Both the position numbers and the translations under genes were made by a program. From Candidatus Dojkabacteria bacterium (GTDB lineage Bacteria; Patescibacteriota; Dojkabacteria; B142; WJKM01), in NCBI GenBank assembly GCA_014729085.1, contig WJKM01000009.1, positions 61,973 to 125,972 on the forward strand: a DNA stretch of 64,000 nucleotides, read 5' to 3'. Below the pieces are notes generated by a model. That model was given only the letters and a program-made list of their open reading frames with translations. It searched no databases and had not been told where the DNA came from. Within the stretch, counting starts at the first letter, position 1. Each line of letters begins with the position of its first letter. Of this stretch, positions 27,557-37,392 are shown in pieces.

Positions 27557-28396
27557 ATGGCTAATATCGTTATTTCAAAACCAAATAAATTCAAACATAA
27601 AGTTGAACAATTTATTAAGGATGGAAAAGATAATTTACATATAATCTCAGATTGCGATCGAACTTTAACAAAATGTGTAATTGATGGAGTAAATATGCCT
27701 GCTTTAATACAGATGATTTCACTCCAAGAAAGTTTCAATTGTGATTATTCGAAAAAAGCCGAGGCTTTATTTAAAAAATATCATCCGCTTGAATTGGATG
27801 ATAAAATTTCCCAAGAACGCAAGAATGAATATATGCACGAATGGTGGAGCAAACACTATGCTTTGCTTATAAAGTGTGGTCTGAATAGAACTATAATAGA
27901 AAGAATCATAAGTAAATATGAAGATGTGTTTAGGAAATATGTTTTGGAGTTCTTGAGTCTACTTAATCAGAATGAAGTTCCTTTATTGATTTTTTCTTCT
28001 GGACTTGGGGATTTAATTACTGGTTTTCTGGAAAAAGAGGAAAGCTTATACCAAAATATCACAATTGTATCCAACTTTTTTAATTTCAATAATAAAGATG
28101 AGGTTATTGGGTTAAAATCTGAGATTGTACATGTATTTAATAAGTTTGACATCAAAAAGCATGCGTCAGAATATATTAAGAAAACCAAAGAAAGAACAAA
28201 TATAATTTTAATTGGTGATTCAATGGGAGATCTAAGAATGACTGAACAGCTTGAATTTGAAAATATTATTAGAATTGGTTTTTTAAATGAGGATGTAGAT
28301 AAAAAGATAAAAAAATATGAAGAAGAATATGATCTAGTATTATTTCAAAATTCTAGCTTTAAACCCATTTTGTCTTTATTAAAGCAAATATCTTAA
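27557..28396 (+). CDS. HAD-superfamily pyrimidine 5'-nucleotidase-like protein (UMPH-1/NT5C3 family)
   Basis: HIISDCDRTLTKCVIDG matches the NT5C3 motif-I region (IITDFDMTLSRF). IFSSGLGDLITGFL matches IFSAGIGDVLEEV. There is a C-terminal GDSMGD motif. Size is 279 aa. Confidence 0.5.
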   Translation: MANIVISKPNKFKHKVEQFIKDGKDNLHIISDCDRTLTKCVIDGVNMPALIQMISLQESFNCDYSKKAEALFKKYHPLELDDKISQERKNEYMHEWWSKHYALLIKCGLNRTIIERIISKYEDVFRKYVLEFLSLLNQNEVPLLIFSSGLGDLITGFLEKEESLYQNITIVSNFFNFNNKDEVIGLKSEIVHVFNKFDIKKHASEYIKKTKERTNIILIGDSMGDLRMTEQLEFENIIRIGFLNEDVDKKIKKYEEEYDLVLFQNSSFKPILSLLKQIS

Positions 28397-28486
28397 TGTA
28401 TGTAAGTTATTTGTTTATAAGTTTGTAATACAAAATCAGGACATACTTAATAAAATTAAATATGCCCTGTTAACAAAATTTATTAG

Positions 28487-29680
28487 TTATCCGCATTCTC
28501 CTTGTGCAGCACTTCCGCTCGAATCATATCCAAATCCTGGTCCTGGTGGAGTCTTAGATACTTCAGCATTACATTCTTCAGGTTTTTCTTCAAAACCTGC
28601 ACATATTGTATCTAGTAAACTTTGAGAGTCTCTACCAGATGAAAAGACTTGTCCATTAATTACCAATGTTGGGGAATGGCTAACTCCATATTTTTGATTA
28701 TCATCTGCATGAATATTAAATGGAGGGTAACTGCCCATCCAAGTATTTTCATCATTTAGATTTGCAATTATATTATATTCAGCGTTAGTTGCCTCGTAAC
28801 AACTATCTACAGAGTTTTTGTCAATACTATTAGACGCGATACAACCTTCTGTATCTCCTTTGTCTAGGAAGCATTCCAGATAACCGATAAATTTAGAAGG
28901 CATATTTTTTTGAATACAATACTGCTTTGTTTGCTCGATCAACTCTTTTTCTCCATGCATTGCATAATTAACAAATTTTAATTCAAAGTCAATTTTATCT
29001 CCTAATTTTTTCACCACTGGTATAATTCCCTTTTCTATTTGGGTACCATAAGGACAATGACTCATAACAAAGAGTTCAACCAAAGGCTTTTTTGCTTTGG
29101 GTAAATTAGCAAGCATCTTTTGATAAGCTTCTTCTTCTTTTTTCTTTCGTGCTTCAGCATCTACTAGTACTGAAGCTGGAAAAATTTTCGATCCGTCTTT
29201 GATGATAAAAGATTCGATTTCCTGAGAATCAATTTCTAGTATTACTTTATAATAATCACCATTGTCGGCATCTGTTGTTTCTAGGATTTGGGCATCTTCA
29301 TACCCGCTTGAAATAAAGAATGATAACACCTTATTCTCTGCTTCCTCTTTAGTAAGAGGGGTTTCGCTTGCGGTAGCTTCATGGACAGAAGGAAAAATTG
29401 ACTCTTTGTCTTTGGTAAGGTAGATAGGCATTTCTGTTGTTTCATCTTTAATTGTAACCTTATAGAGCCAGTCGTTTTCTTCGGTAACATCGGTTACCTC
29501 TACACCTTGATATCCAAGTTCTTCATAAAATTTTACAATTAGTTCTTTAATGTCTTTATTTGCATCTGCTTCTGTCTGAACATCATTTGAGGTACTCTTA
29601 TTATTTTTCTTGGGAGTGCATCCAGCAATAAATATAGGAAGAATGATAAGAACAATTATGGGTATATATATTTTTTTCAT
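28487..29680 (-). CDS. Lipoprotein with two PepSY-like repeats and a thioredoxin-fold domain (CPYG motif) plus a C-terminal Cys-rich tail
   Basis: Lipobox IAGC. Tandem repeats of about 50 aa (ELIVKFYEELGYQGVEV.. / KVLSFFISSGYEDAQIL..). VMSHCPYGTQ is a CxxC-like redox motif. Confidence 0.4.
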   Translation of the reverse strand: MKKIYIPIIVLIILPIFIAGCTPKKNNKSTSNDVQTEADANKDIKELIVKFYEELGYQGVEVTDVTEENDWLYKVTIKDETTEMPIYLTKDKESIFPSVHEATASETPLTKEEAENKVLSFFISSGYEDAQILETTDADNGDYYKVILEIDSQEIESFIIKDGSKIFPASVLVDAEARKKKEEEAYQKMLANLPKAKKPLVELFVMSHCPYGTQIEKGIIPVVKKLGDKIDFELKFVNYAMHGEKELIEQTKQYCIQKNMPSKFIGYLECFLDKGDTEGCIASNSIDKNSVDSCYEATNAEYNIIANLNDENTWMGSYPPFNIHADDNQKYGVSHSPTLVINGQVFSSGRDSQSLLDTICAGFEEKPEECNAEVSKTPPGPGFGYDSSGSAAQGECG

Positions 29681-29857
29681 TATGTTTTAATAAAAAATTA
29701 GAAGACTATAGATTCTATACTTTTTAAATAGATTTGTGCAAATCAAGCAGTTAAAATATAATTAAGCTATGTTATGGAAAACGTCTAATCATTTAATACC
29801 GCTCAAACAATAGAGATTATTTGAACCTTTTATTATTATTTAAATTTCTAAAATCTT

Positions 29858-30751
29858 ATGAAATTATCCGATAAATCTAAAGGAATAATTTATATTTTCC
29901 TTTCAATTACTGCATATAGCTTAATGCCCATATTAATTCGAAAGCTTGACTCAGGTAATCTACCACCTATGTCTCAAGTATTTTTAAGATATTGTGTAGC
30001 TTTTATCTGTGCTTCTGTTTATTTTGTTATACGTAAACAAAAGTTAAATTTTAAAAAGGGAAATATTGTTCTATTGATTATCACAAGCATTATAGGTTAT
30101 GGAATAATGAATCTTATTTATACATATTCAATGCTTTATACAGAGGTTTCTAATGCATTGTTTCTTTTCTATTTTTCTTCTGTAATTACACCAATTCTTG
30201 GATATTTTTTTCTAAAAGAAAAATTAAATAAATATAATTTACTTAGTATTACAATAGCATTTGTTGCACTCTTGTTTTTATTTCAACCTACATCAGTAGC
30301 TACGTGGAAGTTAGGAGGAGTATTTGGAATCTTATCTGCTTTAACATGGGCTTTTTATTTGATTGCCAGGAAAAAACTCAAAGAGTATAGCTCAGAATTA
30401 ATTCTTTTATCTAGTACTTTTTTTGGTCTAATAACGGTTGGAAGTATGGCGTTGATATTTGAGAATGATTTTTATTTTGGTGTAGAAGGAATAAATGATT
30501 TAACGAGTGAAACTTGGTTATTAACCGTTTTATTTGGTGTATTAAATTTTGCAGGATGGTACTTTGTAAGTAAAGGTTTTGAGTTTGTGAAAGCCTCTAC
30601 TGGAAGCTTGATAATGCTTGTGGAAAATGTGGTGGTTGGGATATTTGCTTTTCTATTTCTTGAAGAATTACCAAGTTGGGGAACAATAATAGGCGGCTTT
30701 TTTATAATGATTGCAGCTATTATAACGATACTTAAGGGAGATAATACATAA
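29858..30751 (+). CDS. DMT-superfamily (EamA-like) transporter
   Basis: About 10 TM helices arranged as a two-fold repeat. 297 aa. Confidence 0.55.
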   Translation: MKLSDKSKGIIYIFLSITAYSLMPILIRKLDSGNLPPMSQVFLRYCVAFICASVYFVIRKQKLNFKKGNIVLLIITSIIGYGIMNLIYTYSMLYTEVSNALFLFYFSSVITPILGYFFLKEKLNKYNLLSITIAFVALLFLFQPTSVATWKLGGVFGILSALTWAFYLIARKKLKEYSSELILLSSTFFGLITVGSMALIFENDFYFGVEGINDLTSETWLLTVLFGVLNFAGWYFVSKGFEFVKASTGSLIMLVENVVVGIFAFLFLEELPSWGTIIGGFFIMIAAIITILKGDNT

Positions 30752-30753
30752 TC

Positions 30754-31038
30754 TTATTCAATAATTTCAAGTCTATTTCTCACTTTATTTTGTTCGGAGG
30801 GACTAAGTATTTGGAAGAAAGGGCAGGGATAATAACCCATTGAGTCAGAACCAAATTTCATAACTTGAAAAGGGAAAAACAAGCCACCTTGTCCTTTTTT
30901 TGCAACAACTGTTTCTTTGCAAAGAGGATCCCAATTTCCCTTACAAACGACAGTTTCTTCACAAAGTGCCAAATTACATCTATCTGGCCTGGAGCATTTC
31001 TGTATTAAATGTTGTGCTTTTGGATTTATTGTTTCCAT
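30754..31038 (-). CDS. Small Cys-rich hypothetical protein
   Basis: A 94-aa ORF with a CSRPDRC...LCEETVVC....DPLC cluster. No confident family. Confidence 0.3.
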   Translation of the reverse strand: METINPKAQHLIQKCSRPDRCNLALCEETVVCKGNWDPLCKETVVAKKGQGGLFFPFQVMKFGSDSMGYYPCPFFQILSPSEQNKVRNRLEIIE

Positions 31039-31134
31039 ATCTAATTGTATGGGATTTGGATACCTTTATCTTGACAATTTATTGACAGTTGTTATTATAC
31101 TTGATTAAATCAGAAGAAATAGAAGAGTGGGATA

Positions 31135-31233
31135 TAGTTAGTTGCTTACCAGAATCATCATGAGCAAGAAAACCAACACCGCAAGAAAAATTATTTTCCC
31201 TACATTGTATAGATCTTCTATAGATATATACAT
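31135..31233 (-). CDS. Candidate 32-aa hydrophobic micro-protein with a strong Shine-Dalgarno sequence
   Basis: Minus-strand AAGGAG sits 10 nt upstream of the ATG at 31233. The translation is MYISIEDLYNVGKIIFLAVLVFLLMMILVSN followed by a stop. It is not in the ORF track because it is under 60 aa. Confidence 0.3.
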
Positions 31234-31337
31234 TTGATTATTGCTCCTTAAGCTAAAAAGTATTCTAAAAATATTATAACATGAAAATTTTTAATGTAAC
31301 ATCTATTATGTTATAAAATAAATTTTTTTATTCTGCA

Positions 31338-32519
31338 CTAAAAAACTTGAGCTATCATACTTTTTAAATAAGATCCCTCCGGAAAGTAAACTGATATTGG
31401 ATGGTCAGGAGCTTGGATAATGTTTCTTAATGTTTTTAATGTGAGGTTTTGCTGAATAGATGCTTTTTTTAATATGTCATAAAATTCTTGTTGTTTTAAA
31501 TAATGAGAACAGCTGGATGTTGCAAATATTCCCTTATGATTAAGCAATTCCAAGCAAGCTTTATTAACGAAATGATATGCTTTTATCCCCCTGGCTTTTG
31601 CTTTATGTGTTTTGATAAATGCTGGAGGATCTATGATAATCATGTCGTAGCTATCCTGAGGATTGGTATCCAACCATTCAAAGACATCAATTTTCTGTAT
31701 AGAAAATTTGGTATTATCTATATTATTTAGTGAAGCGTTTCTTTTTGCAAGTTCAAGGGCTTGCGAAGATATATCTATATTATGAACCGTCTTGGCGCCC
31801 CCTTTTAAAGCATAAATTCCTGATGCTCCAGAGTAGGAGAATAAGTTTAGAATTTTTAGGTCTTTTGAAAAATTTAAAATTTGTTGTCTTAGAAGTTTTT
31901 GATCCAGAAAAAATCCTGTTTTTTGACCATTAATGATATCAACATAAAAATCAATATCATTTTCTTTTATTATAGTTAGATCAGGAATTTCCCCATAATG
32001 AATGGTCTTCGTTTCTTCTATTTTTTCTCGTCTTCGAATCGAGATATCACTTCTTTCTACAATAGCTTTAGGTTTATAAATTTCAAGTAAAGCATTAAGA
32101 ATATCTTCTTTCATTAAGTCTATTCCAGCTGTCGAGCTTTGGAAAACAATTATATCGTTGTATATATCTATAATTAGTCCAGGTGTACCATCAGATTCAC
32201 CAAAAGCGAGTCTGTAAGCATTAGTTTCTTTAGAAGGGTATCCAAGATTTTGTCTAAAATTTTTTAAATCGTTAATTTTCTGAATCCACCAATCTTGATC
32301 CAAACTTTGTTCTTTAAATTCAAAAATTCTCAGCTTAATCATAGAGTAGGGAGAGTAGGTCCCAGTTGCAACAATTTGATCTTCAGAATCGGTTAAATAT
32401 ACAACAGACCCATTTTGCAAATCAGTCGGAGGGGTTCGAATTGCTTTATCAAATATCCAAGGATGTCTAGTTGAAAGAATATATTCTTTACCTTTTTTTA
32501 ATTTTATCTTTGGATACAT
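31338..32519 (-). CDS. Class I SAM-dependent RNA methyltransferase, RlmI-like (PUA-like N-terminus plus MTase)
   Basis: The N-terminus MYPKIKLKKGKE..HPWIF resembles RlmI. The MTase domain has LNLFSYSGASG (motif I) and IIIDPP (motif IV). Confidence 0.6.
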   Translation of the reverse strand: MYPKIKLKKGKEYILSTRHPWIFDKAIRTPPTDLQNGSVVYLTDSEDQIVATGTYSPYSMIKLRIFEFKEQSLDQDWWIQKINDLKNFRQNLGYPSKETNAYRLAFGESDGTPGLIIDIYNDIIVFQSSTAGIDLMKEDILNALLEIYKPKAIVERSDISIRRREKIEETKTIHYGEIPDLTIIKENDIDFYVDIINGQKTGFFLDQKLLRQQILNFSKDLKILNLFSYSGASGIYALKGGAKTVHNIDISSQALELAKRNASLNNIDNTKFSIQKIDVFEWLDTNPQDSYDMIIIDPPAFIKTHKAKARGIKAYHFVNKACLELLNHKGIFATSSCSHYLKQQEFYDILKKASIQQNLTLKTLRNIIQAPDHPISVYFPEGSYLKSMIAQVF

Positions 32520-32570
32520 GGAGGATGAATTTAGGATTTAGAATCTAGAAATTAAATTGAATACTAATAT

Positions 32571-33038
32571 TTAAGCACTAGGCTTTAAAATCATTTCTTT
32601 TAAATATTTTATATCTTTTTCCTTAATATGTACAAAATATTGCAAAATATTATATTTCCTTGAATGAATAAAATCAGCTATTTTATACATTGTCCAATTG
32701 CAAAATGAGTCAGTTGGTGTTTTGGACAACTTAAAGTTATTACTATTTATTGGAAAGTTCAGTTTATATGATTTGTTTGGATGATTTTCGACTCTTTTTG
32801 TTTGATTAAATTGGTTAATGGTCGTTGGTTCGAAGTATGAAGACCTTGTCTTAGATAAAGCAATTCCAATAATTAAAGAAGGTTCAGAATTTTGGATAAT
32901 TCGTTTGAATTTAACAAAATCTTCTTTCAATTTACCGAAAATAAATAGATTATTGAAATCAACTTGTATTTTACGAATATGTGGAAAGCTTCGAAAAGTA
33001 TAAGGCAGAGTTGTTATGGTCTGGATTTCAGATATCAT
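32571..33038 (-). CDS. Hypothetical protein
   Basis: ORF only. Confidence 0.3.
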   Translation of the reverse strand: MISEIQTITTLPYTFRSFPHIRKIQVDFNNLFIFGKLKEDFVKFKRIIQNSEPSLIIGIALSKTRSSYFEPTTINQFNQTKRVENHPNKSYKLNFPINSNNFKLSKTPTDSFCNWTMYKIADFIHSRKYNILQYFVHIKEKDIKYLKEMILKPSA

Positions 33039-33084
33039 TAATGAATTAGGGTTGATTAATTAATAACAAATAAATAATAGAAAT

Positions 33085-34218
33085 TTAGAAAAGAAGGAAG
33101 TACAACCAGACTCCAAAAATAGAACATACAAGTCCTGTAAGCCAGAATCTTATTACTACTTTTTCTTCGTTCCAACCCTTCATTTCAAAATGATGATGAA
33201 GCGGAGCCATTTCAAAGATTCTTCTACCTAAAAAGCGACGAGAGACTGCTTGAATCAGGGAAGAGCCAACCTCCGCTACAAAAGGTAGTCCAATTATTGG
33301 GAGCAATAAAGGAACTCTGAGAGCAAATGCAATTGTTGCCAATAATGTACCAAGGGCTAGGGAACCTACATCCCCCATTTGGAATCTAGCAGGAGGTGCA
33401 TTAAAATATAGATAAGTTAAAAGACTACCTATTGTTGTGATTATTAATATAGCAATATGGTAATCCTTTTGATATAAGCTAATTACAAAAAATCCTGCAA
33501 AAGATGATAGTAGCAGTCCCGCTGCTAATCCATCCATTCCATCAGATAGATTTACAGCATTGCTCATGCTGATTATTGCAAAGATAATAAATGGAATCAT
33601 TAGAAAACCAAGATCAAACCAACCCCAAAAAGGAAGCCAAATAGATTCCGCATTACTCCAGCCAGTTTTAAAACATATCCAATAGGAAAGTATGAATCCA
33701 ATAATTGATTGAACTAAAATTTTTTCATGGGCATGAATTCCTTTGCCTGGATTAGAACCAATAATAAAAAAAAGTCTTTTGTAGAAATACCATGGCAAGC
33801 ATAATGCGTACCAAATCCTCATTAGGTAACTTTTATGAACTTTAATGAGTTTGAGGATTCGATGAACCTTTTTAATTTTTCGTGGTTTTCCATAGATATT
33901 TAATACATCGTCCAAAGCACCTAAAATTGCGGAAATTCCAAATATAAGGAGTGGCACTTTAATTGAACCGCTTATTGTCCCATTGGGATCTCGATTAAAG
34001 ACGAGATTTATTACAATTACTGAAATTATTACTATTAAGCCACCCATTATTGGGGTTCCAATTTTTTTCTTGCGGTCTTCAATTAAGTTTGCAAAATCCA
34101 CTTCTCCTCTTCTAGTTATTTTGAACTTGTATAAAATATCTATAATTGGAAAAGAGATAATCAGGGAGAATAGCGTTGATACTACCAACAAAGTTGTAAT
34201 GCCTAAAATTGTATTCAT
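33085..34218 (-). CDS. mraY: Phospho-N-acetylmuramoyl-pentapeptide transferase
   Basis: KKIGTPIMGG, LGALDDVLNIYG, NAVNLSDGMDGLAAG and the MraY-specific APLHHHFEMKGW..VVIRFW motif. Confidence 0.85.
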   Translation of the reverse strand: MNTILGITTLLVVSTLFSLIISFPIIDILYKFKITRRGEVDFANLIEDRKKKIGTPIMGGLIVIISVIVINLVFNRDPNGTISGSIKVPLLIFGISAILGALDDVLNIYGKPRKIKKVHRILKLIKVHKSYLMRIWYALCLPWYFYKRLFFIIGSNPGKGIHAHEKILVQSIIGFILSYWICFKTGWSNAESIWLPFWGWFDLGFLMIPFIIFAIISMSNAVNLSDGMDGLAAGLLLSSFAGFFVISLYQKDYHIAILIITTIGSLLTYLYFNAPPARFQMGDVGSLALGTLLATIAFALRVPLLLPIIGLPFVAEVGSSLIQAVSRRFLGRRIFEMAPLHHHFEMKGWNEEKVVIRFWLTGLVCSIFGVWLYFLLF

Positions 34219-34334
34219 TTGGTAAAATATAAAAACTTTTATTAGTTGTAAACTTAGATTTGTTATTTTAAAATTTAATTCAACGTCTGTAAAGCAAATG
34301 TAGGCGAAACTAGTTTATTTGAATAGAGAATATA

Positions 34335-34541
34335 ATGCTTAAAAAACTTATAGCTCCGCTCCAAAAAATTTTACTTCAGAAAAAGCTTTGCCCAGCATGT
34401 ACATCTGATCTTACCATTATTAAGGATCGAAAACCAAAACGTAATGATACCGAGATCGTCACATGTAGATGCGGTCGAATTTTTATCTATGATAAGGACT
34501 TGGATTTATATAGAAGGGCACTTCTAGATGAAATAGAATAG
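34335..34541 (+). CDS. Small zinc-ribbon protein
   Basis: CPAC....CRCG pattern. It lies 9 nt upstream of mnmA. Confidence 0.35.
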   Translation: MLKKLIAPLQKILLQKKLCPACTSDLTIIKDRKPKRNDTEIVTCRCGRIFIYDKDLDLYRRALLDEIE

Positions 34542-34549
34542 CAATTTTT

Positions 34550-35608
34550 TTGTTTTCATTAGATTTAAATATGACTAAAAAAATTTTTGTTGCTCTATCC
34601 GGGGGTGTTGATTCATCAGTTGCCGCATTAAAATTGAAGGAACAGGGATATGAATTAACAGGGGTGCATATGCAGACTGGGTATACAACTGAGGAGGATC
34701 GGTCCAGTGTAGTTGCAATAGGGGAATTATTAGAGATCCCGATTAAATTTTATGATGTTAGGAAAGAATTTGACGAAGATGTCCTCAATTATTTCATTAA
34801 AGAATATACTGCAGGAAGAACACCTAATCCTTGTGTTGTCTGTAATAAGAAAATAAAATTTGGGAAATTATTAGATTTATGTTTTAAAGATGGAGCAGAT
34901 TATATTGCTACCGGACATTATGTTCAAAAAGGCGATGATGATTTATTATTGAGAGGAAAGGATAAACGAAAAGATCAATCATATTTTTTGTATTCCATTT
35001 CTTCACCAGTACTTTCTAAGTGTTTTTTCCCGCTTGGTAATTATCTTAAAGATGAAGTAAGAACTATTGCTTTAAAATCAGGGCTTCCTACTTCTAGTAG
35101 AAAAGAAAGCCAAGATATATGTTTCATGAAAAATGAAAATTATATTACTTTACTAGGTTCGTATATAAAGAACATGAAAGGGGATATTATAGATATCGAT
35201 TCTGGAGATAAAGTTGGAGAACATAATGGTTATTGGAGATATACTATTGGACAAAGAAAAGGTTTAAGAGTCGGTGGAGCAGCAAAGCCATATTTCGTTG
35301 CTAAAATTCATCCAAAGGATAATGTTGTTTACGTTTGCATGGGGAAAGAACATGATGAACTTTACAGTCGGAAGATATATGTTGAAAAGTTAAATTTGAT
35401 TAATCCAAAATATGAAATGTCAGATAATTTATCAGCATCAATTAGATACAACCATAATCCACAACCGGGAGAATTAATTATTAAACAGGAAAATAAAATA
35501 TATTTTGAATTTGAAGAACCTCAAAGAGCTGTAACATTAGGTCAAAGTTTGGTTGTATATGATGGTAGAGTCTGCATTGGGGGAGGAATAATTAGAGATT
35601 CTCAATGA
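34550..35608 (+). CDS. mnmA: tRNA-specific 2-thiouridylase
   Basis: PP-loop ALSGGVDSSVAA, the catalytic CVVCN region and overall MnmA colinearity. Confidence 0.85.
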   Translation: MFSLDLNMTKKIFVALSGGVDSSVAALKLKEQGYELTGVHMQTGYTTEEDRSSVVAIGELLEIPIKFYDVRKEFDEDVLNYFIKEYTAGRTPNPCVVCNKKIKFGKLLDLCFKDGADYIATGHYVQKGDDDLLLRGKDKRKDQSYFLYSISSPVLSKCFFPLGNYLKDEVRTIALKSGLPTSSRKESQDICFMKNENYITLLGSYIKNMKGDIIDIDSGDKVGEHNGYWRYTIGQRKGLRVGGAAKPYFVAKIHPKDNVVYVCMGKEHDELYSRKIYVEKLNLINPKYEMSDNLSASIRYNHNPQPGELIIKQENKIYFEFEEPQRAVTLGQSLVVYDGRVCIGGGIIRDSQ

Positions 35609-35630
35609 GATTTTTCCTTAATTTATTCAT

Positions 35631-36176
35631 TTATTGACATCTTGCATAACAGATCCAAATTTTTCCAACAATATTTTCTTTTGGAATGAAACCTGTATGC
35701 CTGGAATCTTGAGAGTTTTTTCTGTTATCTCCTAAAACAAAATAAGAATCTGGTGGTACAGTTATGGATTGATTCTCTTTAAGAAATTCATCTTCGTTTG
35801 TTTCGACATTTTGATTAAGATAAGCTTCTTCTAAAATTTCGCCATTGATGTATATATTTGAGTTTTTCAGTAGTATCTTATCACCAGGCATGCCAATAAT
35901 TCTGTGTACATATTGAATTTTGGAATCCGTTTTAGATTTGTACACAATTATATCTCCTCTTGATACATAATTTACATTGTTTATACCTTTTAATATAAAA
36001 TGCATAGATCCATCCGATAGCGTTGGAGCCATAGCTTTTCCATTTATTTGTACAGGTTGTAAAAGTAGAATATAGATTATGGGTACTAAAGTAACTCCAC
36101 AAAATATGAGGATTGCAAAAAGTATTAGTACAATTATTGGTAGAGATTTTATTTTACGAAAGAAAAGTTTTTTCAT
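35631..36176 (-). CDS. lepB: Signal peptidase I (bacterial P-type)
   Basis: N-terminal TM, box B KAMAPTL (SMxPTL), box D RGDIIVYK, box E VLGDNRKNSQDSRHTGFI. Confidence 0.8.
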   Translation of the reverse strand: MKKLFFRKIKSLPIIVLILFAILIFCGVTLVPIIYILLLQPVQINGKAMAPTLSDGSMHFILKGINNVNYVSRGDIIVYKSKTDSKIQYVHRIIGMPGDKILLKNSNIYINGEILEEAYLNQNVETNEDEFLKENQSITVPPDSYFVLGDNRKNSQDSRHTGFIPKENIVGKIWICYARCQ

Positions 36177-36189
36177 TAAAGACTATATA

Positions 36190-36720
36190 TTACACAAAAG
36201 ATAACATATTTATTCCTTTTTCATATATTTCATCATTAAGTAAATTTAATTTTGCTTTTTTCTCATTGTAATCATCAAGCAAGGGAGTGATGTCCTTCCC
36301 CTTAGTACCAGTTTGGAGAATTAAATCGACAGTTTCAGATATACTAAAACAAATTTGAGCATATTCAGCATTAAGATCTTTTAGTTCCTTCAGTTTCGGA
36401 TCTGTTGGAGAAGTTGTAATATAGAAATTAAATTCATTTACTGCAGCAATAAAATTATTATTTGCTTTAGAGATTTTAACTAGATCATCTGTTTCATTTA
36501 GTGTTTTAGTAAGCACTCTATACTCTTTGATGATTTCATTTCTTTTCTTCACAGTTATAGTATTGTAATCAAGTATTTCACGCTTATCTGCCACTTCATT
36601 TGTAATATGAGATCCTATAAGTATGAATATTGTTATTAGAAGAAAAAATATAAATACTGGAATAAATAGAAAATAAAGTATGTATTTTTTATTTAATGAT
36701 ATTGGTTTGAATTTCACCAT
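36190..36720 (-). CDS. Hypothetical membrane-anchored protein (LemA-like size and topology)
   Basis: An N-terminal TM helix followed by a helical soluble domain. Confidence 0.35.
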   Translation of the reverse strand: MVKFKPISLNKKYILYFLFIPVFIFFLLITIFILIGSHITNEVADKREILDYNTITVKKRNEIIKEYRVLTKTLNETDDLVKISKANNNFIAAVNEFNFYITTSPTDPKLKELKDLNAEYAQICFSISETVDLILQTGTKGKDITPLLDDYNEKKAKLNLLNDEIYEKGINMLSFV

Positions 36721-36783
36721 GAGTAAGAATGACTAGCAAAAATTATTTTAATAATAAAATAAGAAAAAGAAAATATTTGATTT

Positions 36784-37392
36784 CTACACACCTTTCGTAT
36801 GGTTGTTTAGATATTTTAAAAGAACTGCAACACTCCTATCTTCAGATATTTTGCCATTTAGAGATAATTTTTTTACTTGTTTATAAGAATACCAATTTGG
36901 TTCAATGTTTTCACCAACTTCCAGATTTTGTTCTTCGAATCTTGGTTTATCAATATGAGAAATGAAATAATAGAGATCCCATTCTATTGTACTTCCGCCA
37001 CTTTGTGCAATGTAAAATAATCTTGGGTCTGAAATATTTAGTCCGCATTCTTCGTGTATTTCGGTTAGGGCTGCTTTTTTTGCAGATGGCTTCACATCTT
37101 TGTTTTCCTTGAGGTAAGTCTTGTATTTACTAAGAGTATTAAATACTTTACCTCCTGGAAGCCTATAATCCCAGGCTTCCAGTTCCGGTCTATATTCCTT
37201 AGTAAGTAAAAGTTCCTGCGAATCATTTGTATCTATGATGACACGTACACTAGGTGAGCGCCTTACACATTCATAGGTGATCATTTTTTCTCCTACTTTC
37301 ATTTTTTGTTCAAACAATTCAAGTATTTTACCCGAATAAATAATTTTCTCTTTTCCCATAGGTTTTGGTAACTTGTCCTCTAGCTTGAACAT
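36784..37392 (-). CDS. Nudix hydrolase
   Basis: Nudix box: GGKV..........AALTEIHEECGL. Confidence 0.65.
   Translation of the reverse strand: MFKLEDKLPKPMGKEKIIYSGKILELFEQKMKVGEKMITYECVRRSPSVRVIIDTNDSQELLLTKEYRPELEAWDYRLPGGKVFNTLSKYKTYLKENKDVKPSAKKAALTEIHEECGLNISDPRLFYIAQSGGSTIEWDLYYFISHIDKPRFEEQNLEVGENIEPNWYSYKQVKKLSLNGKISEDRSVAVLLKYLNNHTKGV

Noticed and set aside
30900-31108. Two overlapping 61-63-aa plus ORFs antisense to or beside the small Cys-rich gene
   Set aside because: Overlapping alternative frames with no motifs. I kept the minus-strand 94-aa ORF and the SD-preceded micro-ORF instead.
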